Source of the DNA: Candidatus Krumholzibacteriia bacterium
Lineage (GTDB): Bacteria > Krumholzibacteriota > Krumholzibacteriia > LZORAL124-64-63
Direction of reading: 5' to 3'
NCBI GenBank assembly: GCA_024763215.1
Contig: JANTFX010000001.1
Span: 27,816-91,815 of the forward strand
Length of the DNA stretch: 64,000 bases
The notes beneath the pieces are model-generated. The model made no database searches. It saw only the letters and a program-made list of their open reading frames with translations, and was not told the DNA's origin. The position numbers and the translations under genes were made by a program. Below, piece after piece: positions 38,011 through 47,729 of this stretch; the first letter of the stretch is position 1; each line of letters begins with the position of its first letter.

Positions 38011-40673
38011 GGCCCATGGTGGTCAGGGAACGTTGGCGGCGGCGAGGGGCCCGGCCCGGGCTTGGCCTGCTCGTGTTGTTGTTGCTTACGGTCCCGGTGA
38101 CCGCCCTTGGCACGGGGATCTCCTGCCGGGCCGAGCTGAGCAGCGCCACGGCCAAGCAGGGGGATGTGGTCGTCCTGACGGTGACCGCCGAAGGCGATTT
38201 CGGGTGGTCGGCCGACTTCCAGCTTCCCGAGGTCGAGGGCGCCAACCTCGCCGGCGGCGGCACCAGCCAGAGCGTGTCGATGGTCAACGGCCGGACGCAG
38301 GCTTCGCTGAGCCGGACCTATTATCTGACGGTGACGGGGCAGAAGGACGTGATCATCGGCCCGGTGCGGGTCAGCGCCGGCAAGGAGCATTGCTCGACCA
38401 GGCCCTTGACCCTCAAGGTCGAACCGGGGACGGGCGGCCAGGCCGTGCCGCCGGCGATTACCGGGAACCGGTCCCTGCGGCCGGGAGCCTCCGGAGGCCA
38501 GGGGCGGCCGCAGGGGACGGGCCAGGGCGGCAAGCCGGGAGACGAGGTCTTCGTCACCCTGCAAACCGACCAGACCGAGGCCTACGTCGGGCAGCAGATC
38601 ATCCTGACCTTCAGCTACTGGCGCCGCGTCCAACCCTGGAACAACCCCACCTACACCCCTCCGCGGACCGAGGGTTTCTGGCGGGAGGATCTGGGTACCG
38701 AGCGCAACTTCCGCAGGGTCGTGCAGGGGCTCAACTACAGCGTGACCCAGGTCCGCTACGCCCTTTTCCCCACCCGCAGCGGCGACCTGGTCATCGAACC
38801 GGCGGAGCTGCGTTTTGCCGGGGATGTCTTCGACCGCTTCTTCGGCTCGCCCTCCCGGCGCCGGGGGCCCAAGGTTCTGCGCACCGATCCGGTGAAGATC
38901 ACCGTCCACGAGCCGCCCACGCCCCGACCGGAGGGTTTCAGCGGCCTGGTGGCGAGCCAGGTCGATCTGGCCTGCAGCGTGGACCGGGATTCGGTTCAGA
39001 CCGGCGAGGCGGTCAGCCTGAAGGTGACCCTCAAGTCCGACGGATTCCTCAAGGGGTTCGCGGGGCTCGTGGTCGATCCGCCGGAGGATGCCCAGCTTCA
39101 CGACGCCACCAACACCTTCGACACCAGCATCATCGGCGACCGGCTGGTCGGCAGCATCGCGTTGGAGAAGATCCTGGTTCCGCAACGGCCAGGGGTCATG
39201 CGGACGCCGCCCGTGGAACTGGTCTGGTTCGATGCCGGCAGCCGACGTTACCGCACGGCCACGGCCACGGTCCGGACCGTCATGGTGGGCGGGGAGGATC
39301 TGACCACCGGCCAGAAAGACACCTCGGGTTTCCTGCGGGCCGGGCTGACCAGGGTCGGTCGGGACCTGGCCTTCATTCACCCGGCGCCGCGCCACCTGCG
39401 CCGCGCAGGCCGGGTGTTCACAGCCGGCCCCCTGTGGTGGGTGCTGCTCGTGCTGCCGGTGATCCTGCTGGGGGTGCTGAAGGTCTACCTGGCGCGGGTT
39501 TCGGCGGCGGCCAGGGACCCCGAAGCCAGGCGGCGCAAGCAGGCCTGGGCCAGGGCCCGGACCCTGCTGGACGAGGCCCGTCGCCTGGATGACACCATGG
39601 GCATCTGCACCGCCGTGGCCCGGGCCGTGCGGGGCTATGTCGCCGACTGCACGGGGGTGCCCGAGGCCGAGGTCGAGGCCGGAACCGTACGCGCTTTCGC
39701 CGCGGATTTGATGCCTCCAGAGGATGGCGAGCGCCTGGTGGATATCCTCATGCTGTGCGATGGCATCCGTTTCGGGGGCACCGAGGCAGCCCGGCCGGCG
39801 GACCTGGTCGCCGAGACCAGGGACAAGCTGTCACAGTTGGATCGAGCTCGTACCCGCCGCCGTCCCGGCAAGTCGTCTGCGACCGCCCTCTTGCTGCTGG
39901 TCGCCCTCGGTTTGTGGGTCGCGTGGCCAGGATCAGCGGCCGCCGTGGAGGATGATCCGCAGCGTTTGCTGGCCGAGGGAAACCAGGCCTACACGGCCGG
40001 TGACCTGGACCAGGCCGTCAAGGCCTACGTGCGGGTGCTGGATCTGGGCGTGGACGATGCGGTTCCTCATTTCAACCTGGGCAACGCGTACGCCCGGCAG
40101 GGTAGGCTGGGCAAGGCGGTGGCCAGTTACCTCAGGGCGTTGCGGCTGGCCCCCCGGGACCGGGACATCCGCCGGAACCTGGCTCTGGTCAGGCGGAACC
40201 TGCGGGATATCGAACTGGCCGACCAGTCCCTGCCCCTGTTCATCGCCCAGGCTGCCCAGGCGGCGGGCTGGCTGTCCCTGACCGAATGGGGGGTGGTGGT
40301 CCTGGTCCTGGTGTGGATCCTGTGCGGCCTGGCCGCCTGGAGCATGGTGACCGGAAACCGGTCCGATGGCCTGCGCCGCGGCATGCTGGCGGCAGGGGCG
40401 GTGCTGGCGCTGTCAGCGTTCGTGGCCGGATGGCGTTACTACCAGGAGGAGATCATTCACCAGGGGGTCGTGGTCGGCGGCACCGTCGAGGTGCGGTCAG
40501 GGCCCGCCGAGAGCTTCCCGGTGCTCTTCGAGGTCCATGACGGCTTGACGGTCCACCTGAATGCCACCAGCGACCGATGGAGCCGGATCAGCCTGGGAGG
40601 CGACTGGACGGGGTGGCTGCCGGCCGACCAGGTCGAAGCGGTGGACCGGGCTCTTCCCCCTCAGGGACGGTAG
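38004..40673 (+). CDS. batD: BatD/BatE fusion: oxygen-tolerance BatD domain, TPR repeats and a C-terminal SH3-like domain
   Basis: 889 aa. The N-terminal signal/TM region and the BatD-like body overlap the batB stop. TPR block LGNAYARQGRLGKAVASYLRALRLAP. C-terminal SH3b-like block GTVEVRSGPAESFPVLFEVHDGLTVHL...WTGWLPADQV. Confidence 0.75.
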   Translation: MVRPMVVRERWRRRGARPGLGLLVLLLLTVPVTALGTGISCRAELSSATAKQGDVVVLTVTAEGDFGWSADFQLPEVEGANLAGGGTSQSVSMVNGRTQASLSRTYYLTVTGQKDVIIGPVRVSAGKEHCSTRPLTLKVEPGTGGQAVPPAITGNRSLRPGASGGQGRPQGTGQGGKPGDEVFVTLQTDQTEAYVGQQIILTFSYWRRVQPWNNPTYTPPRTEGFWREDLGTERNFRRVVQGLNYSVTQVRYALFPTRSGDLVIEPAELRFAGDVFDRFFGSPSRRRGPKVLRTDPVKITVHEPPTPRPEGFSGLVASQVDLACSVDRDSVQTGEAVSLKVTLKSDGFLKGFAGLVVDPPEDAQLHDATNTFDTSIIGDRLVGSIALEKILVPQRPGVMRTPPVELVWFDAGSRRYRTATATVRTVMVGGEDLTTGQKDTSGFLRAGLTRVGRDLAFIHPAPRHLRRAGRVFTAGPLWWVLLVLPVILLGVLKVYLARVSAAARDPEARRRKQAWARARTLLDEARRLDDTMGICTAVARAVRGYVADCTGVPEAEVEAGTVRAFAADLMPPEDGERLVDILMLCDGIRFGGTEAARPADLVAETRDKLSQLDRARTRRRPGKSSATALLLLVALGLWVAWPGSAAAVEDDPQRLLAEGNQAYTAGDLDQAVKAYVRVLDLGVDDAVPHFNLGNAYARQGRLGKAVASYLRALRLAPRDRDIRRNLALVRRNLRDIELADQSLPLFIAQAAQAAGWLSLTEWGVVVLVLVWILCGLAAWSMVTGNRSDGLRRGMLAAGAVLALSAFVAGWRYYQEEIIHQGVVVGGTVEVRSGPAESFPVLFEVHDGLTVHLNATSDRWSRISLGGDWTGWLPADQVEAVDRALPPQGR

Positions 40674-41014
40674 ACCGCGGAGGTGGAGGGCGTCTCCCTG
40701 ACCATGACGTCGGCCAGCAGGGGCAGGCCGGGCTTGAGCCGCTCGTAGACCCACACGGCCAGGTGCTCGGCGGTGGGATTCTCCAGGCCCGGGATCTCGT
40801 TCAGGCAGTGGTGATCAAGCTCCTCCAGGAGGGGCTTGCAGGCCCGGGAGATCTCCCCGTAATCGATGACCCAGCCCAGCGCGGGATCCAGATCCCCCTC
40901 CACGCCCAGGACGATGCGGTAGGTGTGGCCGTGAAGCCGCTTGCATTTGTGGCCCGGAGGGACCTCGGGCAGCCAGTGGGCGGCGTCGAAAGTGAACTGC
41001 TTGGTGATGCGCAT
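40661..41014 (-). CDS. queD: 6-carboxy-5,6,7,8-tetrahydropterin synthase (6-pyruvoyl-tetrahydropterin synthase family)
   Basis: Begins MRITKQFTFDAAHWLP...CKRLHGHTY (zinc-binding His and Cys). About 118 aa. Start chosen at the internal ATG. Confidence 0.85.
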   Translation of the reverse strand: MRITKQFTFDAAHWLPEVPPGHKCKRLHGHTYRIVLGVEGDLDPALGWVIDYGEISRACKPLLEELDHHCLNEIPGLENPTAEHLAVWVYERLKPGLPLLADVMVRETPSTSAVYRP

Positions 41015-41046
41015 GGCCACGGCTCCCGGTTCGTCTGGTCCGACAG

Positions 41047-43179
41047 TTGCTTCCCGATGCCCAAGATAAGTCGGGGCCTGCCCGGGGCGCAATCCCGGTC
41101 CTTTTCCCGGATATTTTGTTCAAGGAACCGTGCAATTTGCCGACAGGATGGGGTAGGGGACCCGATTCCGAATCGGGGCATGGCAACAGGATCCGACCCG
41201 AAAGGGATAGCTTGGCAACGTCTACCGGCGAACTGCAGGATATTCTCGGCACCCTGGACAACCTGCGGGCGCGCGTGGAAGCGATGTCCGCGGCCAGGCC
41301 TGCACCGGAACAGCCAGTGGCTGCGACCGCGGAACCGACGGTTACCGAAAGGACCTTGGCCAGGGAACCGGGTGGGCTGGATGCCGCCCAGACGGCCATG
41401 CTGCTGGGTGGCCTCGGGCGGATGAACGGCCTGCACCAGCAGCGCGAATTCGTCGAATTCTTCTGCCGCCTCGCGCGGCAGAGCGGGCTGCGCCTGCTGT
41501 TGCTCAAGCGCTGGACCAGCGGATTGCAGGTGTACCACGAGGAAGGCGTGAAGCTGCCCGAGGAGGCCCGCAAGAAGAGGTCCGACGGCCGGGCGCCGAT
41601 CCCTTTGGCCAAGGGGGATATCTTCGTTTCCGTGGCCGAGGAGACCACCGTCTACGCGGGCCCGGTCCCCGCGCGGAATTTTCCCCTGGATCTGACCCTG
41701 ATGCTCGGCCGTGGCGCCAAGGACCGCCGCATCATCATCCTGCCCCTGCCCAGCCAGGGCCACTGGAACACCTTCCTCTACCTCGACGGGGATGATGGGG
41801 ATGGTCCCTGGCTGGTGCTGGCCGAGGTGCTGGCCCGGTACGCCTTGTCCCGGATGTACCTGCTGGAAAAAGGCGTGCACCTGCGGGAGGGCAGGGTCGA
41901 CGCCATCTTGAAATCCGAGCTGGCGCGGCGGGGGGAGGCCCGCCGTAGCAGGGTGGTCCGGGAAGAGGCCCCGGCACCCGCCCAGGCTGCCACCCGTCCG
42001 GCGGTTCCGGAGAAACTTCCCGCGCAGGAACATCAGGAGCATCCTGCACCTGCTCGACCTGAAACCGAGGCGGCGGCGGTGGATGAGGATACCTTCGCCA
42101 TGATCGAGCAGGCCCTGCGCGGCGGTAGAAAAACCTCGTCGCCCCCGCCTTCCGAGCCCCCAGCCGGCCCGGTTGCCGACCCCGTCGCCGGCCCGGTTGC
42201 CGCCCCCGGAGCCGAGGCTGCGGCCGGCCCGGTTGCCGACCCCGACGCCGAGGCTGCCGCCGGCCCGGCCGAGGCTGCGGACATGACCGCGGCTTGCCCC
42301 CTGCCCAGCGCGGGGTTCAAGCAGCTGCGGCCCGAGGACATCCTCCACCACAGCGGCGAGTTGCCGGCCCTGCCCAAGGCGGCCTGCCACATCATGGCGG
42401 TCATCGAGGATCCCAAGACCACGGCCACCCGCCTGGAACGCGCCTTGGCCATGGACCAGGCCCTGACGGCCAAGGTCCTGCGCATCGCCAACAGCCCGTT
42501 CTACGGGGCGGTCCGGGAGATCAAGACCGTCAGCGAATCAATCGTGCGCCTGGGCTTCGTGGCCATCCGCAACTGGACCCTGGTCACGGCGGCGCGTTCG
42601 GTTTTCCTGGCGCCGGGGGCGGGGATCCTTTACCGCAAGATCTGGCAGCAATCGGTGATGTCGGCCATGGCCGGCCAGCTGGTGGCCCAGGAGGCGCGGC
42701 TGCGGGATCCCGAGACGGTGTTCATCGGCGGGTTGATGCAGAATATCGGCCAGCTCGTGCTCGCGCGCAGCAATCCGGAATTCTTCCAGGAGATCCTGCT
42801 GGAAAGCACCAGCACGGGCAAGCCCTACCATGTGATCGAGCGCAATCTGCTGGGCTACGACCACGGCGAGCTGGGGGCCCTGCTGATCAGGGAATGGAAC
42901 CTGAGCCCGGACCTGGAGGAGGCCGTCCGCTGGCACCACCGCTTCGATGATCCACGGGCCAAGAACGCGCGCATCGCGGCCATGATCGCCCTGGGCGAGG
43001 AGATTGCCTGGTGCAGCGGAGCGGCCGCAGAGGGCGCGGATGCCGACGGGCAGGACCAGGAGGGCCAGGAAATTCCGGTGAGCAAAGCGGCGCGATTCCT
43101 CGGTTTTTCCGCCGAGAAGATAGCTTCGCTCACGGCCCAGGCGGCGAGCCTCAAGATCGATCCGCATTTCTTCAGCTGA
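41047..43179 (+). CDS. HDOD-domain signalling protein with an uncharacterised N-terminal region
   Basis: A C-terminal HDOD domain (LPALPKAACHIMAVIEDPKTTATRLERALAMDQALTAKVLRIANSPFYG...GYDHGELGALLIREW). The start is uncertain: 41047 is the longest frame, a TTG at 41212 has an AAGGGA RBS, and there is an ATG at 41284. The N-terminal 300 aa have no recognised motif. Confidence 0.65.
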   Translation: MLPDAQDKSGPARGAIPVLFPDILFKEPCNLPTGWGRGPDSESGHGNRIRPERDSLATSTGELQDILGTLDNLRARVEAMSAARPAPEQPVAATAEPTVTERTLAREPGGLDAAQTAMLLGGLGRMNGLHQQREFVEFFCRLARQSGLRLLLLKRWTSGLQVYHEEGVKLPEEARKKRSDGRAPIPLAKGDIFVSVAEETTVYAGPVPARNFPLDLTLMLGRGAKDRRIIILPLPSQGHWNTFLYLDGDDGDGPWLVLAEVLARYALSRMYLLEKGVHLREGRVDAILKSELARRGEARRSRVVREEAPAPAQAATRPAVPEKLPAQEHQEHPAPARPETEAAAVDEDTFAMIEQALRGGRKTSSPPPSEPPAGPVADPVAGPVAAPGAEAAAGPVADPDAEAAAGPAEAADMTAACPLPSAGFKQLRPEDILHHSGELPALPKAACHIMAVIEDPKTTATRLERALAMDQALTAKVLRIANSPFYGAVREIKTVSESIVRLGFVAIRNWTLVTAARSVFLAPGAGILYRKIWQQSVMSAMAGQLVAQEARLRDPETVFIGGLMQNIGQLVLARSNPEFFQEILLESTSTGKPYHVIERNLLGYDHGELGALLIREWNLSPDLEEAVRWHHRFDDPRAKNARIAAMIALGEEIAWCSGAAAEGADADGQDQEGQEIPVSKAARFLGFSAEKIASLTAQAASLKIDPHFFS
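42163..42285 (+). repeat. Imperfect tandem repeat (about 24-33 nt units, x3-4) encoding a Pro/Ala/Val linker
   Basis: GCCGGCCCGGTTGCCGACCCCG... repeated. Protein: AGPVADPVAGPVAAPGAEAAAGPVADPDAEAAAGPAEAAD. Confidence 0.7.
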
Positions 43180-43189
43180 TCAACCCGAC

Positions 43190-43765
43190 CTATTTCTCAG
43201 GCTCCTCGGCCGGCGGCTCGAAATGCCGGCGGCAGCGGGCCTCGTAGGTCTCGGAGGCCCCCACCAGGATCTGATCCTTGGCGGAGGTCAGGCGCTGGGT
43301 GAAGTTGGCGGGGTCGCCGCAGGTCATGCAGATGGCCAGCTGCTTGGTGATGTATTCCGCCGAGCACATCAACTGGGGCATGGGGCCGAAAGGCCGGCCC
43401 CGGTAGTCGAGATCCAGACCCGCTATGATGACCCTCTTGCCCTGGTTCGCCAGCTTGTTGGCCACCGCGATGATGTGTGCGTCGAAAAACTGGCCTTCGT
43501 CGATGGCCACCAGCTCGGTCCGGTCGTCGACCATCTGCATGATATCCTCGATATCCGTCACGGCGATGCCAGGCAGTTTCTGCTGGCTGTGGGAGACGAT
43601 ATCGGTGCTGTTGTAACGGTCGTCTATGCCGTGCTTGAAGATCTGCACCCTGCGCTTGGCTATCTGGGCGCGTCTGATCCGCTTGATGAGCTCTTCGCTT
43701 TTGCCGCTGAACATGGGGCCGCAGATGACCTCGATCCAGCCGGTCTTGCCGTTGACGATCTGCAT
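43190..43765 (-). CDS. tdk: Thymidine kinase
   Basis: Begins [29 protein letters not shown] (P-loop). C-terminal zinc ribbon ([14 protein letters not shown]...RCRRHF). The start at the internal ATG has a GGAG SD. Confidence 0.92.
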   Translation of the reverse strand: [191 protein letters not shown]

Positions 43766-43889
43766 GGTTCTCCATTCCTGTCTTTCGGTCACGGGGATGA
43801 TAATTTATCCTAGTCGAGGCGTCGAGGCCAGAACTCTGTCCCTGCCGGTCGCCGGGGCGGGCCAACCCTGATCGAAAGCGGAACCAGAT

Positions 43890-44723
43890 ATGTGGACACG
43901 CAGTGATTTCGGCTGCCTGTGCAGCCCGCCGGTGATCGGCATGGTGCACCTGCAGCCCCTGCCCGGATCTCCCGGCTGGGCAGGTGATTTCCGGACCGTG
44001 CTCGAGGCGGCCCTGACCGATGCCGACAACCTGGTCGCCGGGGGCGTGGGCGCCCTGATGGTGGAGAACTTCCACGACGTTCCGTTTTATCCCGGGCCGG
44101 TGCCGGCGGTCACGGTCGCGGCCATGACCCGGATCATAGCCGCCATCGCCTCGGGCCACGGCGGCCTGCCGGTGGGGGTCAACGTCCTGCGCAACGATGC
44201 CGAGGCGGCCCTGGCCGTGGCCGCGGCGGTCGGGGCTGCTTTCATCCGGGTCAACGTCCACTCCGGGGCGGCGGTCACCGATCAGGGGACCATCGAGGGC
44301 CGGGCCTGGCATACCCTGCGGCTGCGCCGGGAGTTGTGTCCGGACGTCGGCATCCTGGCGGACGTGAGGGTCAAGCACGCCAGGCCCCTGGCGCCGCGCC
44401 CGCTGGCCGAGGAGGCCGGGGACCTGCGCCTGCGGGGGCTGGCCGACGGGATCATCGTCACCGGCGCTGCGACCGGCAGCGGGGCCGAAGTGGCCGACGT
44501 GGAAGCCGTCCGTGCCGCGGTTGCCGATTGTCCGGTCCTGGTCGGCAGCGGGGTCACCTCCGCAAGCATCGGCTCCTTCGCCCGCGCGGCGGACGGCGTC
44601 ATCGTGGGCACGGCGTTGAAGGAACCCGGGGGGGGCAAATTCGCGGCGGTTTCGACCGCCCTGACCCGTGACCTGGTCGCGGCCTGGAACCGGTCCGGCC
44701 GCACCGCCAAGGAGACGTCATGA
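43890..44723 (+). CDS. BtpA/SgcQ-family TIM-barrel protein
   Basis: The N-terminal signature PVIGMVHLQPLPGSP characteristic of BtpA. 277 aa. Confidence 0.7.
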   Translation: MWTRSDFGCLCSPPVIGMVHLQPLPGSPGWAGDFRTVLEAALTDADNLVAGGVGALMVENFHDVPFYPGPVPAVTVAAMTRIIAAIASGHGGLPVGVNVLRNDAEAALAVAAAVGAAFIRVNVHSGAAVTDQGTIEGRAWHTLRLRRELCPDVGILADVRVKHARPLAPRPLAEEAGDLRLRGLADGIIVTGAATGSGAEVADVEAVRAAVADCPVLVGSGVTSASIGSFARAADGVIVGTALKEPGGGKFAAVSTALTRDLVAAWNRSGRTAKETS

Positions 44724-45757
44724 ATATCCTGGTGACCGGTGGGGCGGGGTTCATCGGCTCGAACTTCGTGCGCCACCTGCTGACCGCCTCGGACGACACC
44801 ATCGTCAACCTCGACCTGCTGACGTATGCGGGCAACCTGGAGAACCTTGCCGGCTGCGAGGACGACCCCCGCTACCGCTTCGTCAGGGGGGATATCAAGG
44901 ACCGCGCCCTGGTGCGCCGGGTCATGAACGATTTCCGGATCTCCGCGGTGGTCCACTTCGCCGCCGAAAGCCACGTCGACCGCTCCGTGGAAGGGCCCGA
45001 GGCCTTCGTGGCGACCAATGTCATGGGTACGGAGATCCTGCTGGAAGAGGCCAGGCGCGCCCAGGTGGAGCGCTTCGTCATGGTCTCCACGGACGAGGTC
45101 TACGGTTCCCTGGGCGACAAGGGCGCCTTCACCGAGACCACGCCCCTGGCTCCCAATTCCCCCTATGCGGCCAGCAAGGCCGCGGCCGATCTGCTGTGCC
45201 GGGCCTTTCACCGCACCTTCGGCTTTCCGGTCCTGATCACCCGCTGCAGCAACAACTACGGGCCTTACCAGTTTCCCGAGAAGCTGATCCCCCTGATGAT
45301 CGCCAACGCCCTGGAGGATCGCCCCCTGCCTGTCTACGGCGACGGCCAGAACGTGCGCGACTGGCTGCACGTGTCCGACCATTGCCGGGCCGTGGACCTG
45401 GTCCTCAGGTCCGGCGTTCCCGGCGAGGTCTACAACATCGGGGGCTGCAACGAGAAAAGAAATCTGGACCTGGTGCAGCTGCTGGTCGACGAGCTGGGCA
45501 AGAGCCGGGACCTGATCACCTTCGTGCCCGACCGCCCCGGCCATGACCGCAGGTACGCCATCGATGCCGGCAAGATCAGCCGCGAACTGGGCTGGCGGCC
45601 GACCGTGACCTTCGCTGCGGGCATGGCCGACACCGTGAAGTGGTACCTGGACCACCAGGACTGGCTGCAGCAGGTGCGCAGCGGCAGATACCGCGAGTAC
45701 TACGACCGCATGTACGGCGCCGGCGGCCGCCACGAGCCGGAAGAAGGCCGATCGTGA
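44720..45757 (+). CDS. rmlB: dTDP-glucose 4,6-dehydratase
   Basis: Begins MNILVTGGAGFIGSNFV. YxxxK in PYAASKAAAD. 345 aa. The start overlaps the btpA stop. Confidence 0.93.
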   Translation: MNILVTGGAGFIGSNFVRHLLTASDDTIVNLDLLTYAGNLENLAGCEDDPRYRFVRGDIKDRALVRRVMNDFRISAVVHFAAESHVDRSVEGPEAFVATNVMGTEILLEEARRAQVERFVMVSTDEVYGSLGDKGAFTETTPLAPNSPYAASKAAADLLCRAFHRTFGFPVLITRCSNNYGPYQFPEKLIPLMIANALEDRPLPVYGDGQNVRDWLHVSDHCRAVDLVLRSGVPGEVYNIGGCNEKRNLDLVQLLVDELGKSRDLITFVPDRPGHDRRYAIDAGKISRELGWRPTVTFAAGMADTVKWYLDHQDWLQQVRSGRYREYYDRMYGAGGRHEPEEGRS

Positions 45758-46455
45758 GCACCGGCTGCACCTTGAGCGGCGGGCGGCGGTTGACCCTGGC
45801 GTCCACGGTCGTCGGGAGGTTGCGTTGCGGCGTTCTGGAACTGGACCGGGTTCATGTGGATCAGGGCCGGGGGGCGGCCCTGGAAACCCTGGAGACCGCC
45901 GCCCGGCAACGGGAGCGCTACGCGGGGCTGGCCCCGGCGGCCATCGAACCCCTGGCCGCGGCCCGGACGCTGTACAAGGCGTTCGGCATGGACCCTTCCC
46001 GCCACAGGCCCAGCAGCGAGGCGCTCCTGCGGCGTGTGCTCAAGGGTAAGGACCTGTACCGGATCAACAGCGCGGTGGACTGCTGCAACCTGGCGTCCCT
46101 GACCTTCCTCTTGCCCGTCGGGATGTATGACCTGGACCGGGTGCAGGGTGATGTCGAGGTGCGCGTGGGGGCCGAGGGCGATTCCTACGCCGGGATCCGC
46201 AAGGGTCCGGTCAACGTGGGCGGGCGCCTGGCCTTGTACGATGACGAGGGACCCTTCGGTTCGCCCACGAGCGATTCGGACCGGACCAGCGTGCAGCTGG
46301 AGACCACGCGGGTGCTGGCGGTGATCTTCGCTCCGGACCGGTACCCGGAAGAAAAAATGGCGGAAAACCTGGCCCTTTTCGCCGCCTTGTTCGGCCGGCA
46401 TTGCGGGGCCGAGGTCGCCGGGCGGAGGTGCCTGGGCTGGAGGATGGAAGCATGA
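45754..46455 (+). CDS. B3/4-domain protein (tRNA-binding fold, PheT B3/B4-like)
   Basis: GTG start overlapping the rmlB stop. GMDPSRHRPSSEALLRRVLKGKDLYRINSAVDCCNLASLTFLLPVGMYD is typical of stand-alone B3/4 proteins. Confidence 0.6.
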   Translation: MSTGCTLSGGRRLTLASTVVGRLRCGVLELDRVHVDQGRGAALETLETAARQRERYAGLAPAAIEPLAAARTLYKAFGMDPSRHRPSSEALLRRVLKGKDLYRINSAVDCCNLASLTFLLPVGMYDLDRVQGDVEVRVGAEGDSYAGIRKGPVNVGGRLALYDDEGPFGSPTSDSDRTSVQLETTRVLAVIFAPDRYPEEKMAENLALFAALFGRHCGAEVAGRRCLGWRMEA

Positions 46456-47729
46456 AACGGATGGCGATGGGTATCCTGCTGGCCGCCGTGGCCGCGTTCG
46501 CGGGGACGGCCGGCGCCGCGGCCGTTCCGGAGACCATGCTGGCCCGGGTCAGGGTTCTGGCCGGTCCCGACCTGGCGGGGCGTGGCGCGGGCAGCTGCGG
46601 CGGGCATGCCGCCGGTGACACGGTGGCGCGTTGGTTCGCGGCAGCGGGCCTCCAGCCGGCCTGCCGCGGGTCATGGTTCCAGGAGTTCCCCCTGTACGGC
46701 CAGGGCTGGAGCGGCCAACCCCTGGACGGCAGGACCGGGCGCAACGTGGCGGGCATCCTGCCAGGTAGCGGCCCTCTGGCCACGCGTTACGTCCTGGTCA
46801 GCGCCCATTACGACCATCTGGGCCGCAGCGACGGCGACAGCACCTGCGCACCGCCGGCGCCGGATGCCTACTACCCCGGAGCCAACGACAACGCCTCGGG
46901 GGTGACGGTCCTGGTCGATCTGGCCCTGCATGCCCGCCGTGGCGGGGCAGGGCAGGCCGAAGTCCGGCGCAGCGTGCTGTTCGTCAGCTTCGATGGGGAA
47001 GAGGTCGGGTTGCAGGGCTCGGCCTACATGGCCGGCCACATGCCTGTCCCCCTGGACAGCCTCGATGCGGTGATCAACATGGATACGGTGGGCCAGATGG
47101 GGCAGGGCAAGCTGTACGTCAGCGGCATCGGCACCACAGCTGCCTTCGCCGGGATCGCCCGGGCGGCCGGCTGGCAGGGGCTGGATCTTTCCCTGGCCCC
47201 CGGCGGCTGGTCCGGCAGCGACCATATGACCTTCGACCGGTTGCACGTCCCCGTGCTTTTTCTTTTCGGGGGACCCTACCCCCAGTACAACCGTCCGGCC
47301 GATACCTGGGATTCCCTGGATTCCCTGGCCCTGGACAAGGTCGCCCACTATGCCGGGGCCCTGCTGGATCTGGTGCGCCAGGAAGCGGGGCCCCTGCCGT
47401 GGCGGGAAACGGCTCCGCCGGAAGCCGCGGTCGAGACGGCCGTGGAGGGCAATCGCCGGACCTGGCTGGGGACCATGCCCGACTTCGACTCCGGGGTGTC
47501 AGGCTACAAGATCGGCGGGGTGTTCGACGGCAGCCCCGCCGCGGCCGCGGGTCTGGCGGCCGGGGATGTGCTGGTGCGGCTGGGCGGCAAGGAGGTGACC
47601 GACCTGGCCACGTTCACCCGGGCGTTGCGGTCGTTCGATCCGGGATCTCCGGTGGAGATCACGGTGCTGCGCGGAGGGCGCTCCCTGAACTTCACCGTGG
47701 TGCTGGGTGATCGTTCCGATCGGCGCTGA
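46452..47729 (+). CDS. M28-family zinc aminopeptidase with a C-terminal PDZ domain, secreted
   Basis: Signal peptide MKRMAMGILLAAVAAFAG. M28 metal-ligand blocks (SAHYDHLG, DNASG, FDGEEVGLQGS, SDHMTF). PDZ block GYKIGGVFDGSPAAAAGLAAGDVLVRLGGKEV. Confidence 0.8.
   Translation: MKRMAMGILLAAVAAFAGTAGAAAVPETMLARVRVLAGPDLAGRGAGSCGGHAAGDTVARWFAAAGLQPACRGSWFQEFPLYGQGWSGQPLDGRTGRNVAGILPGSGPLATRYVLVSAHYDHLGRSDGDSTCAPPAPDAYYPGANDNASGVTVLVDLALHARRGGAGQAEVRRSVLFVSFDGEEVGLQGSAYMAGHMPVPLDSLDAVINMDTVGQMGQGKLYVSGIGTTAAFAGIARAAGWQGLDLSLAPGGWSGSDHMTFDRLHVPVLFLFGGPYPQYNRPADTWDSLDSLALDKVAHYAGALLDLVRQEAGPLPWRETAPPEAAVETAVEGNRRTWLGTMPDFDSGVSGYKIGGVFDGSPAAAAGLAAGDVLVRLGGKEVTDLATFTRALRSFDPGSPVEITVLRGGRSLNFTVVLGDRSDRR

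Noticed and set aside
40801-42390. Long antisense ORF opposite queD and the HDOD gene
   Set aside because: It is opposite genes with recognisable homology. It is a typical high-GC shadow ORF.
44282-45733. Long antisense ORF opposite btpA and rmlB
   Set aside because: It is opposite genes with unambiguous homology. It is a typical high-GC shadow ORF.
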